Positions 17,372-28,417 of a DNA stretch of 64,000 nucleotides are shown here, piece by piece; the stretch's first letter is position 1, and each line of letters begins with the position of its first letter. A program made the position numbers and the translations under genes. Origin of the DNA: a virus. A model generated the notes under the pieces. It ran no database searches and was not told where the DNA came from. It saw nothing but the letters and a program-made list of their open reading frames with translations. The stretch lies in IMG/VR virus record IMGVR_UViG_3300042879_004946, positions 1-64,000 of that record. One strand, written 5' to 3'.

Positions 17372-17593
17372 ATGATTTCTGTGATATTTATGTATGAAAA
17401 GTATCATACTTTAAAAAAAAAGCAAATGAAAAGAGATAAGAATATTAAAATAACACCCACAACACATGAGTTGTTAAAAAAATATTGTGAAGAAAACGGC
17501 CTTAAAATGTTTTCATTTGTTGAAAAGCTAATAAGGGAAAAATGCCAAACAAAAATAGTTTTGCCTAAGAAAGATATTTACGGTGAAGGTTAA
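17372..17593 (+). CDS. Small ribbon-helix-helix-like DNA-binding protein (start may be 17426)
   Basis: KNIKITPTTHELLKKYCEENGLKMFSFVEKLIRE fits the RHH strand-helix-helix pattern. Confidence 0.6.
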   Translation: MISVIFMYEKYHTLKKKQMKRDKNIKITPTTHELLKKYCEENGLKMFSFVEKLIREKCQTKIVLPKKDIYGEG

Positions 17594-19023
17594 ATAACCA
17601 TCTGTCTTAGTAATACTGTAGATGTGTTTAATAATATATAAACGTAAACTATTTCTGTAGTACCGTCTTTGTAAACAACATCAAAAGCCGTATCACCAAC
17701 AATAGCGGTAGAGTTAGGGTATAAAAAAGTGTTCCAACCATCTTGATCACCTGTTGTAATGTTATACCTGAACCAACGACCTGTTGCATCTTTTTGTCCA
17801 TAAATAAAATTATTACTATAAACCCATTTTGTTCCTGTTGTAAATGTTTCAGTCGCCGGAGCGTAACTTAAAGCGTTAACCCAAGTATTACCAGGGATAT
17901 CATAATAATCTAAAGTAGCCCCACCGTTACCTCTAAAAGAATAAATTCTTCTACCGTTTAATATGGCGTTTTCGTTGGTCCAATCACTAGCAGAAGTGTC
18001 CCATACCCAATGTCCAGACATACCTGCACCTGGGGCGGCAGCTCTAGCAACACTTGGTGACAAAGTAGTCCAAGTGTTTGTTGTAATACTATAACGAAAT
18101 AAAGTAACGGCATTATTACCCATATAGTAAAGAAAATCATCGTTGCCTTCTATAGAGTAATTAGAGGTACTATCTGGTTGTGTTGCCCAGTTAGTTGAGA
18201 CTGTTATAATGGTTGCAGTGTTTGAAGCTATAGTTCTAATCTGGCCTGCACCGGTACCAGTTGTAATTCTGATTTGATAATTTGTCCATTGATTTGTAGT
18301 CCAGTTTTTTGTTGAATTTGTCAATGTATTAACACCCCCAGAAGTTGTTGTGCCTGTAGCAAAAGACGCATAATTACTATCCACCCAAGATGGCGTTGCT
18401 ATCAATTTACCGTCAGTACCTATTGAAGCAGGTAAGTTTGTTTGGGATAGAGTAGTCCAAGTGTTTGTTGCAAAATCGTATTTTCTAAAAGAACCGGCAG
18501 CTAATGTACCAGAACCAACAACATACCAAACAGGTGTTACCAATCTATAAACGTTTGTATTTGTAAAGGCACTTACTTGTGTATCAACTGTAATAACAGA
18601 ATTAGAGCCAATAGTATTACTACGAATCTCAAGAGTTGAACCAGCGTTTGGTCCAGATATGATATTTATATAGTAACCCCTTAAATCCCTAGTAAAAGTT
18701 TGATTTGTTAATATCGTACTTGTAGTACCACCTGACGCTGTTAATGTAGAACCAGTACTTGAACCACTACTAAAAGCTACTGAAGTACCTGCGGCACCTG
18801 CAGCTAAAGTACCGGCGAGAGCAGGAGAAGGGATTTGTACCCAGCCATCCTCATTTGGGTTATAAAGCCAAGCTGTGGTTGTTCCGTTAATATATAACTG
18901 TTGTTGTCTATAATGTCTTGATGACGTAATAGAAGAACCAGCCACTGATGCACTTGGTGCTGGTGTCATAAATTCCCATCTTTTTGGGTCTAATATTTTT
19001 CTGTTTCCGTTTGTTGTTGGCAT
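17590..19023 (-). CDS. Structural protein with Kelch/beta-propeller-like repeats
   Basis: Repeated Y(D/S/N)..TNTWTTL motifs; Thr/Gly-rich; located in the tail operon. Confidence 0.6.
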   Translation of the reverse strand: MPTTNGNRKILDPKRWEFMTPAPSASVAGSSITSSRHYRQQQLYINGTTTAWLYNPNEDGWVQIPSPALAGTLAAGAAGTSVAFSSGSSTGSTLTASGGTTSTILTNQTFTRDLRGYYINIISGPNAGSTLEIRSNTIGSNSVITVDTQVSAFTNTNVYRLVTPVWYVVGSGTLAAGSFRKYDFATNTWTTLSQTNLPASIGTDGKLIATPSWVDSNYASFATGTTTSGGVNTLTNSTKNWTTNQWTNYQIRITTGTGAGQIRTIASNTATIITVSTNWATQPDSTSNYSIEGNDDFLYYMGNNAVTLFRYSITTNTWTTLSPSVARAAAPGAGMSGHWVWDTSASDWTNENAILNGRRIYSFRGNGGATLDYYDIPGNTWVNALSYAPATETFTTGTKWVYSNNFIYGQKDATGRWFRYNITTGDQDGWNTFLYPNSTAIVGDTAFDVVYKDGTTEIVYVYILLNTSTVLLRQMVI

Positions 19024-19041
19024 ATTGTTTTTTTTTTTAAT

Positions 19042-19437
19042 TTATGTTACATTTATATTTGCACGTAATCCTTGTGCGTTCATACTCATTAAAGCCGGTA
19101 TTTGGTCCTGTGTAGCAAAAGTACCTATTTGAGATTGGTTTGTTAACGTAGATACGGTGGTTACAGTACTTACAGTACCTACCGACGTTACGGTGGCTAG
19201 TGTTAAGTTAGCTGTTATAGCGTCTAATAAAATTCTAATTCTACCAGTGGTATCAACTGTCATTAAACCGTTAGATCTTGTTAAAGAAACAACGGCCATT
19301 CTTAAAGCTTCCAAAGCCTCTATCAATTCACCTTCACTTGCGTCAACTGATATACTACTTTGATTACTGGCTACAACAACAGGTGTTGAAGCCGACATCG
19401 GTGCCTGACCATTTGGGTTTTGTGGGTTATAACTCAT
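19042..19437 (-). CDS. Hypothetical structural protein
   Basis: 131-aa ORF with VT(S/T)V(G/S)T repeats; GATATTTAT upstream. Confidence 0.65.
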   Translation of the reverse strand: MSYNPQNPNGQAPMSASTPVVVASNQSSISVDASEGELIEALEALRMAVVSLTRSNGLMTVDTTGRIRILLDAITANLTLATVTSVGTVSTVTTVSTLTNQSQIGTFATQDQIPALMSMNAQGLRANINVT

Positions 19438-19475
19438 ACTTTTCTTTTTTTATTAATAAATATCTTAACACATTA

Positions 19476-22400
19476 TTATATTATAAACCAATTTGATCCA
19501 TCGGTAATAAATGTTATCGATGCGTTCACAACTGTTACGGTTGCCGTAGATGTACCATCTATAGTTTGTCCACCAGATGTGTTTACAATCAAATTAGGGG
19601 CTCCGCCTATTTTTTTAATAGTTACTTTAGCATTACCGTTATTTGGTAAGGTAACATTAAAGGTGCCACCACTTGTGTTACACAATATTATTTGCTCACC
19701 AGTGGTTGCACTACTAATATAATTATTTAATGGTTTCACTATTGAATAAGAACTACCACCACCTAGGGTAGATGAATCTCGGTATTTAACTTCACCACTA
19801 CTTGAATCTCTGACCAATATTTGTGTTAATGCATCATTATTTGCTGGGGTTGAATTTATGTTTAAACTTGAAACATATACAAAATCACTGGATGTTCCGG
19901 AAATACCTTGGCCACCTAAAACAACTGAACGATCACCTGTAACCGTGGAATTTGTGGAGTGTATAAAAGAAGCTATACCTGATACAGTACTACCTGAACC
20001 TGAAGCAAATGAACCGTAACCCAATGCTATGGTGTTAATACCTTGTGAGTGTGAATAATCACCCATACTTAGCGTATTGAGACCTTCAGCGTGTGAACCA
20101 ATACCTAAAGCTTTGGTTACTTCACCTTCGGTGTGTGAATGACTGTTAGATATAATTTGGTCAGCACCAGTTGGCAGTACATTTGAAGGGACACCCACAA
20201 GAGTACCCGAATTAATAAGTGCATCTTGTAATGTTATTATGGTGTTAGTGCCATTCCAATTAACGGAACTAATATTAAGATAACTTAAAGTCACACCATC
20301 TAATAAGATAACCGTATTTGAGAATTCTGTAGTAACGTCCCCATAACTAGTATTTAAAGTTAAAACACCAGCTAAAACAGAATCTAAGGTGTACGCATAT
20401 ATTCCTGTTGCCGTACTTAAACCTTCTGAGTGTGAACCATAACCAAGTGACGAAGTTGTCAACCCTTCCGCGTGTGATCTCTCACCAACTGCGTGTGAAC
20501 CATCACCTTCTGCGTGTGAATAATTACCAGCTGTTTTACTGCCTCTACCTTCTGCGTGTGACCATGAACCTGATACTAGTGTAGCATATCCCTCAGCGTG
20601 TGAATAAGATCCTGATGATATTGCTTCTTGACCTTCAGCGTGTGAATAATCTCCTATTGCTCGAGTGTTATCTCCTTCAGCATGTGAGTACTCTCCTTTT
20701 GCTTGAGCAAGATTTCCTTCAGCATGAGATGCAATTCCTGATGCTATTGATAGATTTCCTTCAGCATGTGAATAATCACCAGCAGCAACCGTAGTATTAC
20801 CAAAAGCAAAACTGGTTATTCCTGTTGCACTGGAACCAAAATTTTGAATTGAATCGTGAATTGTTATAGGAGAACATCCGTGTAAATTTGAAACATAGAT
20901 ATCTGAAATACAATTTGCAGAAGTATTACCTGTGAAAACATAAGATGAAGGTACTGACGCACCAATTTGTTTTGCAATAACAATAAGTGATGGTGAATCG
21001 GGTCTTGTTGGTGTCGTCAACCCACTTAAAGCGGTTAATTGAACATATTGACTATTTGATGAAAAATAAAATTGAACATAATCATTTGCCTCTAGTTCAA
21101 ATATAAGAGAAACAAAGGGTAATTGATAAGTACTATTAGAGACTAATCCTAAAGTTGAAGAACTTCTAGTTACAGGATTTCCGTTTACTTCCGCCCAAAT
21201 AGTGACCAAAGCATCGGTTCCCTGAGTTTTTTCTATTTGAGGAGAATAACCAATTTCATAAACACCTTTATTAAAAACTTTAATTTTACTGTTATCGACT
21301 ATGGTAATACCGTTACTTAATTCCGTTTGGTTATAAGTCCAAACTGTTGATGTATTTGCTGCAGTAACTGGAATGTTTCCTGTATTTGAAAAACTTCCGT
21401 AATAATTTAAAGCGTATCCACTTAAAGAAGTTGTAAACCCTGGTATTGATAGGGAACCGTTTTGACGATTAAGAGTTAATATACCCGTTGTGTTATTATA
21501 CGTACCGCCAGTCACATAATAATCAGTTCCTGTACTGCCAGAACCACCTGTTGATACAGCCCATCTTGCATTACCAGAAGCATCAGAAGTTAAAACATAA
21601 CCATTGGTTGCCCCAGAAGTCATCTGGAAGTTAGTGGTTATAATTTTTGTTGTTGCTGTTAATGTGGTGAATAAAGAACTACCGTCTGCATTTAACCACG
21701 CTGTCTGTGTTCCTGCATTATTTTCTATAATAATATTTTTATCCGTATCACTACCAGTACCACCTCTAAACTGAACACCATCTAAAGTAGAGTTTGTTAC
21801 AATTTCTGGGTTTGTTGAATTATTATACGCTTGTTGAAGTGTTGTTGTTGATAGGCCACCAGTACCCCCTAAAAGTTCACCAAATTTAGATACCGGGGTA
21901 AATACTGCATAACTACTATTTGTTAACGGTTGACCGTCTGCAACAATATCATTTCTCACTGAAATAATACCGATTAAGATGCCAGTATTTTTGGCATTTG
22001 GGTAAACAACGAATGATTCGGTTTGTATACCAGCTACCGCCTCCGTTAGACTACCATAATTTGTTTGACCATAAAGAATGTTTAAAACACCTGTTGGGTA
22101 TAAATACACTCTTTGATTACTAGCGTTATCACTATTAGCAGCACCCATGCTAGTTATAGCACCGTTAACGTCATATTTTGTTGGGTCGATTACCGATACT
22201 GACGAACTTGTACCACCTGTTTGTGTTCTATAAAAAAATGATGCAGGTACTTTTGCTGATATACCTACACTATTTGGGTTTAATTCATTTGTAACCCAAC
22301 CAATTCCATTACCCCAAAGAGTTCCTGATGAAATGTTAATATTTAAATTAGAACCATTTGGTGACACTAAAACACCTTCATTTATTAATTTTATTGGTGA

Positions 22401-24926
22401 CCATAAATCGCGTAACGATGACATCGGTGATACATCATAATCAACCGTGTTATTCACATTAAGTATTGTTGTTCTATTTGGGTGAACTACCTTACCTAAA
22501 AATATATTTTCCCTTCTTTGTTGTGGGGTTGGGAATGAAGTTTGTTGATATAGAGTACCCCCACTATTAACTAATAAATAAGTTGCGTCTGCTGATGTAA
22601 GGTTAGGTAACGAGATATTCGTACCACCACTATAATAAATGTTTAACACCAAAGGGTTTGTTGAATACTCATAAGTGTTATATACAATCCAACCCCTCAT
22701 TTGGGATACATTTATAGTTGTTGTTGACGCAGTTGTTGCACCTGTATAATAATAAGTACCTGTCGATATGACATTACCTAATAACACATTAACCTCTTGT
22801 TGTGTTAAACTTTGTAACGGATTTTCATTTTCAATTTTAACGTAAATTTTACCGTTTACTGGGTCGGAACTTAAGCACCACCCAATGGTTGAAATTCTTG
22901 AGGTTAATGCAATTGAATTCGGGTTATTTGTTATACCACCATCAATAGTATCAGATAAAAATAATTCTTGACCCACAGTAAACCCACTTGTGTTTAAATC
23001 CCTAACAATACCAAAATTGGTCATAAAACCAAACCCGCCGTTTGGTATATTATGAGTTGCTACACCTGAACTTTGTGCTAAACTATCGGTAAAAGTAAGA
23101 CCTAATTTAGATGCGTTAGCTAATGCAACTGTAGGTATACCTCCAGTCGCTCCTGTAATATGGAGAACTTGTCCGTTATTAATTTGAACCCCGGTTTGAT
23201 TATAAATTCTAATTAAAGATTCTTGACCGATATTAACAGTAACATCATTACCACTAGTTATCGGTTTATAAGATAAAGCATTTTCATTATAATCAAAATA
23301 TAGTGTACCACCAGTTATTGAAGGTATTGTAGGGTTAATATTAAAATCAATATAATTTACTGGTGATAAAGCTACAGCACTTAAAGTTGTTGCACTTATG
23401 GAACCGTTAACAGTTAGTCCAGTAAAAGTATTAATAAAAACATTTAACGGTGCTTGACCTTGATTTTGAGATATGGTTAATTTATTTGCATCATTATAGG
23501 TAAAACCTGTAACGTATGTATCAATTCCTGTTACTGTACCACCAGTTAAAAATCCCGGGATTGTAACCGAACCATTTTGTCTATTGAGTGTTAATGTACC
23601 ATTAGAATAAGTACCACCTGTTACATAATAATCGGTAAACCCTGTAACAACAACATTAACATTATCAGTTCTGGTTAAAGTTAAATTACCAGTATTTGGA
23701 TTATAATTACCGCTACTTAAATAAATGTCGGTAAATCCTGTTAAAAACCCAGAAACTTGAAACGAACCACCTACATTATTAAAAAATGTTGCAACACCAT
23801 TACTAGGGTTGTAGGTACCGCCCGTAACAGTAATGTCACCCGCTAAAATACCTAAATTTTGAGTTAAAGGTGCAACACCATTATTTTGGAAAATAGTTAA
23901 ATCGTAAGTGCCTGTATTAAATGTAAAACCAGTGACAAAAGTATCCGCACTTAATAAACCACTTATTGAAACTGAGCCATTTTGACGGTTTAGTGTTAAA
24001 ACACCATTGGAGTAGGTACCACCTGTAACAAAATTATCTGTATCTGTAGTACCAGTTAAAAATCCTGTTATAGTTACTAAACCATTTTGTCTGTTAAGTG
24101 TTAATGTACCATTAGAATAGGTACCACCCGTAACAAAATTATCTGTAATACCTGTTATAGTAACAGAACCATTTTGCCTATTAAGAGTTAATGTACCACT
24201 AGAAAAAGTACCACCTGTGACAAAATTATCTGGGTCTATAGGTAGACCTAAATATGTAGATGCGGATAAACTACCATTGATAGTTAAACCTGTAAAATTA
24301 TTTATTGAAACCGTTAAAGGTGTTAAACCCTGGTTTCTATTTATTGTTAAATTATTATTAGAATATGTGAAACCCGTTGTGAAAGTATCTGTTGTTCCAG
24401 TTAAAAAACCAGATACACTTACTGAACCATTTTGTCTATTTAATGTTAAAGTTCCGTTTGAATAGGTGCCGCCTGTAACATAATAATCAGGAATACCAGT
24501 TAAGTTTGAACCATCACCATAGTAGGTTGTTGCTGATATATACGATAAAGAGTTTATTGGATCCCAAACGGTTATTGGTGAACAACCATGCAGGTTTGAA
24601 ATATATAAATTACTTACACAACTTGCTGAAGTATTACCAGTAAAAATTGCAGTCGTTGAAAATCCAGAAATTGAAATGTTAACGCCGTCATTTCTGTTTA
24701 AAATTAAAACACCTTCGGAATAAGTACCGCCCGTAATAAAAGTATCAGTAGTTCCGGTTAAGAATCCAGATATCAATAAACTAACACCATCATTTCGACC
24801 TAAAGTTAAAGTACCACTAGAATAGGTACCACCTGTAACATAGATATCAGTGCCAGTTGAACCGGTGTTACCTGTATCTACGATAAAAATTTTAGTTATA
24901 TCCCCTTGTTGACAAAAATTACTCAT
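19476..24926 (-). CDS. Long tail fibre/adhesin-like protein (1816 aa)
   Basis: More than 10 D(N/Y)(F/Y)VTGGTYSNGTLTLNRQNG repeats; 14-residue SHAEG repeats (YadA-head-like beta-roll). Confidence 0.75.
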   Translation of the reverse strand: MSNFCQQGDITKIFIVDTGNTGSTGTDIYVTGGTYSSGTLTLGRNDGVSLLISGFLTGTTDTFITGGTYSEGVLILNRNDGVNISISGFSTTAIFTGNTSASCVSNLYISNLHGCSPITVWDPINSLSYISATTYYGDGSNLTGIPDYYVTGGTYSNGTLTLNRQNGSVSVSGFLTGTTDTFTTGFTYSNNNLTINRNQGLTPLTVSINNFTGLTINGSLSASTYLGLPIDPDNFVTGGTFSSGTLTLNRQNGSVTITGITDNFVTGGTYSNGTLTLNRQNGLVTITGFLTGTTDTDNFVTGGTYSNGVLTLNRQNGSVSISGLLSADTFVTGFTFNTGTYDLTIFQNNGVAPLTQNLGILAGDITVTGGTYNPSNGVATFFNNVGGSFQVSGFLTGFTDIYLSSGNYNPNTGNLTLTRTDNVNVVVTGFTDYYVTGGTYSNGTLTLNRQNGSVTIPGFLTGGTVTGIDTYVTGFTYNDANKLTISQNQGQAPLNVFINTFTGLTVNGSISATTLSAVALSPVNYIDFNINPTIPSITGGTLYFDYNENALSYKPITSGNDVTVNIGQESLIRIYNQTGVQINNGQVLHITGATGGIPTVALANASKLGLTFTDSLAQSSGVATHNIPNGGFGFMTNFGIVRDLNTSGFTVGQELFLSDTIDGGITNNPNSIALTSRISTIGWCLSSDPVNGKIYVKIENENPLQSLTQQEVNVLLGNVISTGTYYYTGATTASTTTINVSQMRGWIVYNTYEYSTNPLVLNIYYSGGTNISLPNLTSADATYLLVNSGGTLYQQTSFPTPQQRRENIFLGKVVHPNRTTILNVNNTVDYDVSPMSSLRDLWSPIKLINEGVLVSPNGSNLNINISSGTLWGNGIGWVTNELNPNSVGISAKVPASFFYRTQTGGTSSSVSVIDPTKYDVNGAITSMGAANSDNASNQRVYLYPTGVLNILYGQTNYGSLTEAVAGIQTESFVVYPNAKNTGILIGIISVRNDIVADGQPLTNSSYAVFTPVSKFGELLGGTGGLSTTTLQQAYNNSTNPEIVTNSTLDGVQFRGGTGSDTDKNIIIENNAGTQTAWLNADGSSLFTTLTATTKIITTNFQMTSGATNGYVLTSDASGNARWAVSTGGSGSTGTDYYVTGGTYNNTTGILTLNRQNGSLSIPGFTTSLSGYALNYYGSFSNTGNIPVTAANTSTVWTYNQTELSNGITIVDNSKIKVFNKGVYEIGYSPQIEKTQGTDALVTIWAEVNGNPVTRSSSTLGLVSNSTYQLPFVSLIFELEANDYVQFYFSSNSQYVQLTALSGLTTPTRPDSPSLIVIAKQIGASVPSSYVFTGNTSANCISDIYVSNLHGCSPITIHDSIQNFGSSATGITSFAFGNTTVAAGDYSHAEGNLSIASGIASHAEGNLAQAKGEYSHAEGDNTRAIGDYSHAEGQEAISSGSYSHAEGYATLVSGSWSHAEGRGSKTAGNYSHAEGDGSHAVGERSHAEGLTTSSLGYGSHSEGLSTATGIYAYTLDSVLAGVLTLNTSYGDVTTEFSNTVILLDGVTLSYLNISSVNWNGTNTIITLQDALINSGTLVGVPSNVLPTGADQIISNSHSHTEGEVTKALGIGSHAEGLNTLSMGDYSHSQGINTIALGYGSFASGSGSTVSGIASFIHSTNSTVTGDRSVVLGGQGISGTSSDFVYVSSLNINSTPANNDALTQILVRDSSSGEVKYRDSSTLGGGSSYSIVKPLNNYISSATTGEQIILCNTSGGTFNVTLPNNGNAKVTIKKIGGAPNLIVNTSGGQTIDGTSTATVTVVNASITFITDGSNWFII

Positions 24927-25966
24927 TATAGTGGTATTGTTCCTCTTAATATTATTTCAGATATTTGTGTAGCATCCATTCTAACAATATTGATACTAAC
25001 TAAATCACCGTTATGTACCGTAAAAGGCACTGTCACAACATTACCATTAACACGAATTGTAACCGCAGTTATATTTTCAGTTTCTAAAGAAGTAAAATTT
25101 GCATCAGAGTCGGATTGAAAATTTAAATAAGTCGGTGCACTAACTAAAAACTGAACTATTAAGTTTAAACTTTTATCATTTTGACTTTGATCTTTAATAA
25201 ATTTTGCAACATTTTTTGGCCTTTTATCGGTTAAATCATAAGTTAAAACTGTTCTATTAACCGCTGGTACTATTTTAAATTCATCTTTATCTAATGTATA
25301 AGCCATCATTTTTAACTCATACGTTTGAACGTAATATCTTTTTTCATCAATATTATCAATCGTGGATTCGTCACCAACACTCTCCAGTATGATAGGGAAA
25401 TAATTGCCTTTTATGTTAACGTAAGACTGTGATGAACTAAAAGTTTTTAATACTTTTTGATTTAAAACATTTAATTCTGCCATACGATAGGTAAAAAATC
25501 TAATAGTATACGTTAAATCAACACCAACTGGCTGTGGTGCCATATAAACATCCGCACCTTTACGATTGCCGTCCCAAGTTGGAACCACCATATATGGAAA
25601 AGTTTTTCTAACAGGAATTTTAAAATCACTTGGGTTAGTACCTGGTTGGCCTTCTGGTTTTCTAACAACAGAAATAAAAGGTATTTTTATATTTTTATAT
25701 TTATCAGAACTTTGCCAGGTTTTGGTAAACTCTGTCCACCTTTGAGCCGTTAAAAACGTAACAGGAATTTTTTCACCATCAATAACCAACTCTAGTTCAG
25801 TATTTACCCAATCAACAAAACCACCATCTAAATCAGTAAAATCAATACCTCTTGGCAAAGGCGTATTTTTTTGGTCAATAAAATTTTCCAAATACTGTCT
25901 TGGGTTACTTTGTTGTAAACCAGGTTGTAAATCTAAATCTTTTTTTATTTTTTTAGGTAGTCCCAT
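24926..25966 (-). CDS. Probable tail terminator/sheath stabiliser (T4 gp15-like)
   Basis: IPV.F...QRW, IPFISVVR, PQPVGVDLTYTIRF pattern; adjacent to neck genes. Confidence 0.5.
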   Translation of the reverse strand: MGLPKKIKKDLDLQPGLQQSNPRQYLENFIDQKNTPLPRGIDFTDLDGGFVDWVNTELELVIDGEKIPVTFLTAQRWTEFTKTWQSSDKYKNIKIPFISVVRKPEGQPGTNPSDFKIPVRKTFPYMVVPTWDGNRKGADVYMAPQPVGVDLTYTIRFFTYRMAELNVLNQKVLKTFSSSQSYVNIKGNYFPIILESVGDESTIDNIDEKRYYVQTYELKMMAYTLDKDEFKIVPAVNRTVLTYDLTDKRPKNVAKFIKDQSQNDKSLNLIVQFLVSAPTYLNFQSDSDANFTSLETENITAVTIRVNGNVVTVPFTVHNGDLVSINIVRMDATQISEIILRGTIPL

Positions 25967-25969
25967 TTA

Positions 25970-26491
25970 TTAAAATTTTGGCAAAAACTCATTACTATCT
26001 GCATTAACGCAGTTTATTGTTCTGTAATAACCTTTATAACCAAGCCTTGTATGTTTGTTATCTGAGAATATTTTACCATCATTTGCAACGGTAAAATATT
26101 TTATATTATCTTCTTTATCGACATAACCAATGTAATCACCATAGGAAATATCACAATCTAATTCGTCTAACTGTTCTTGAAAAATATGAAAAGTTAATTT
26201 ACCATATTCTAAATATCGGTTCATACCACCAGAATATGCTTTATTTTCACTTTGGTCTAAAACAAAACGAACCCTAAGTTCTTTTGGTGATTTAAACCTA
26301 ATTTCATTTGATTTTGCTTCACCATAAACCGCATCAACTTCTGTTTGAGTTCTATCAACCTCAAAAAGAACAACTACAAAGTTTAAATCACCTTCTAGAT
26401 GTTCGCGGGCCATTTCGTTCTCAATTCCGAAGTCTATACTATCATAGAATTTCCCAAGTCTTTGTATAGGTCTGCGTTTAGCCATAATCAA
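25970..26491 (-). CDS. Probable neck/head-closure protein (T4 gp14-like)
   Basis: DAVYGE...RF..P pattern, size and gene context. Confidence 0.45.
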   Translation of the reverse strand: MIMAKRRPIQRLGKFYDSIDFGIENEMAREHLEGDLNFVVVLFEVDRTQTEVDAVYGEAKSNEIRFKSPKELRVRFVLDQSENKAYSGGMNRYLEYGKLTFHIFQEQLDELDCDISYGDYIGYVDKEDNIKYFTVANDGKIFSDNKHTRLGYKGYYRTINCVNADSNEFLPKF

Positions 26492-26566
26492 CTTTTTTTA
26501 TAAATATTTAGTAAACACCTATTTTATTTATTTTTTATAAATTGTTGATTATATTTATTCTACTTT

Positions 26567-28384
26567 ATGGTAGATTTAACTAGATTAAAAAGTAAAACAA
26601 CATTAGAAAAGTTAAAAAACTATGTAGGTGAAAATGAACACATTTTAAAAATGAAAAAAAAATTCGAAAATGAAGGTTTTTTCATTTTAACACCAAGTCA
26701 AATATCTTACATAGAAGAAAATTATAATTTTTCACCCATAGAATTCAATAAAATTGTTGAGATAACCGCTTATTTTGGTGAACAATTAAAAGAAAAATTT
26801 GCTTTAAAAAACGTACCTGAAAAAGTTTTTATTGAAAAACTTTTAAGTGATGGTGAAAAATCTTATCACGTCAAAGGCAAACTTTATAAAAACCAAAAAG
26901 AAAGTGTATATTATCATATACCAAAAACACAATTACTAACAGATTTATTTTTTGAATCATATGAAGATTTAGAAGTTGATTTTGAATCTGTTAATAAAGT
27001 AAATAAAAAAAATAGAAACTTATTTCCACACCAAGAAACTGCAATAAAATTTTTATTAAAAAGAGACAAATCTATTTTATCTGACGATATGGGTTTGGGA
27101 AAAACGAAATCGGCAATCGCTGCAGCTTTGTTATCTGGTGCTGAAAAAATATTAGTTGTTTGCCCTGCAAACGCAAAAATTAACTGGTTTCGTGAAATTA
27201 CTGAATATTTGGATGAAGAAATGGTCACCATAGTTAAAAGTGGATATTGGCAACCAAAAGTTTTTACCATTATTAATTACGATATTTTAAATCGTTTTCA
27301 CGAAATTCAAGATAAAAGAAAAAAAGAAGAGACCAAAAGTTACATTAATGAAGAAAAATTTGATTTAATGATTGTTGACGAGGCTCATATGATAAAAAAT
27401 AAAGATAGCATTCGTGGTAAGATTGTTGCACAAATCACTGAAAATATTCCTAAAGTTTGGTTATTAACAGGAACGCCGATATCAAATAGACCAATGGATT
27501 ACTACAATCTATTAAAGATTTGTAAAGTTCCAGTAACTGATAATTTTCAACATTTCGCATATCGTTATTGTGCTGCGAAATCATTTAATAAAAAATTAGC
27601 ATCAGGTAAAATTAAAAGAATTTGGTTGACCGATGGTGCTTCTAATTTAGAAGAGCTACATCAAAAAACTAAAAATTATATTCTTCGTAGAAAAAAAGAA
27701 GACCATTTAGATTTACCACCTAAAATTATTTCACCTTTTTATTTAGAGTTAGAAAATAGAAAAGGTTACGAAAGTGCTTTTGAAGAATACGTTACTTGGT
27801 TAAAATTAGAAGGTAGAAGATTAGGACCAGCAAGACAAATGGTGGAAATGGTGGTTTTACGAAAATTTATTTCACAGGAAAAAATTCCACACACTATTGA
27901 CATGGTGCAAAACTTTTTAGAACAATCAGAAACCAAAAAAGTTATTATATTTACTGTTTTCACTGAAAGTTTAAAAAAATTAAAAGACGAACTTGGTGAC
28001 ATTGCGGTTTGTCACAACGGTGAAATGTCGGATAAGGAAAAACAAAAAAGTATTGATAAATTCCAAAACGATCCAAAAGTTAGGGTTTTTATTGGTAATA
28101 TTGTTTCAGCTGGTTCCGCAATCACATTAACTGCGTCAGATACAACTTTGTTTCATGATATCGATTTTGTTCCTGCAAACCACCAACAAGCTGAGGATAG
28201 ATCCTACCGTATCGGCCAAGACAAAACGGTTAACATATATTACCCCATATTTGAAAATAGCATAGAAGAAAAAATTTACGAAATTCTACAAAAGAAAAAA
28301 GAAATAATATCTAAAGTTATGGGTGAAAAAGTTGATCACATAGATATTGCTGAAGATTTTATTTCAACTTTATTTAAAATATAA
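26567..28384 (+). CDS. SNF2-family helicase/translocase
   Basis: DDMGLGKT, VDEAH, LTGTPISN, QAEDRSYRIGQ. Confidence 0.92.
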   Translation: MVDLTRLKSKTTLEKLKNYVGENEHILKMKKKFENEGFFILTPSQISYIEENYNFSPIEFNKIVEITAYFGEQLKEKFALKNVPEKVFIEKLLSDGEKSYHVKGKLYKNQKESVYYHIPKTQLLTDLFFESYEDLEVDFESVNKVNKKNRNLFPHQETAIKFLLKRDKSILSDDMGLGKTKSAIAAALLSGAEKILVVCPANAKINWFREITEYLDEEMVTIVKSGYWQPKVFTIINYDILNRFHEIQDKRKKEETKSYINEEKFDLMIVDEAHMIKNKDSIRGKIVAQITENIPKVWLLTGTPISNRPMDYYNLLKICKVPVTDNFQHFAYRYCAAKSFNKKLASGKIKRIWLTDGASNLEELHQKTKNYILRRKKEDHLDLPPKIISPFYLELENRKGYESAFEEYVTWLKLEGRRLGPARQMVEMVVLRKFISQEKIPHTIDMVQNFLEQSETKKVIIFTVFTESLKKLKDELGDIAVCHNGEMSDKEKQKSIDKFQNDPKVRVFIGNIVSAGSAITLTASDTTLFHDIDFVPANHQQAEDRSYRIGQDKTVNIYYPIFENSIEEKIYEILQKKKEIISKVMGEKVDHIDIAEDFISTLFKI

Positions 28385-28417
28385 AAGTAATGGATATTTA
28401 TCTATTAAAAAACCTAA

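Noticed and set aside
20090-20780. 42-nt periodic DNA repeats in fibre genes (also 32250-33060) as an array
   Set aside because: These are in-frame SHAEG protein repeats with synonymous variation
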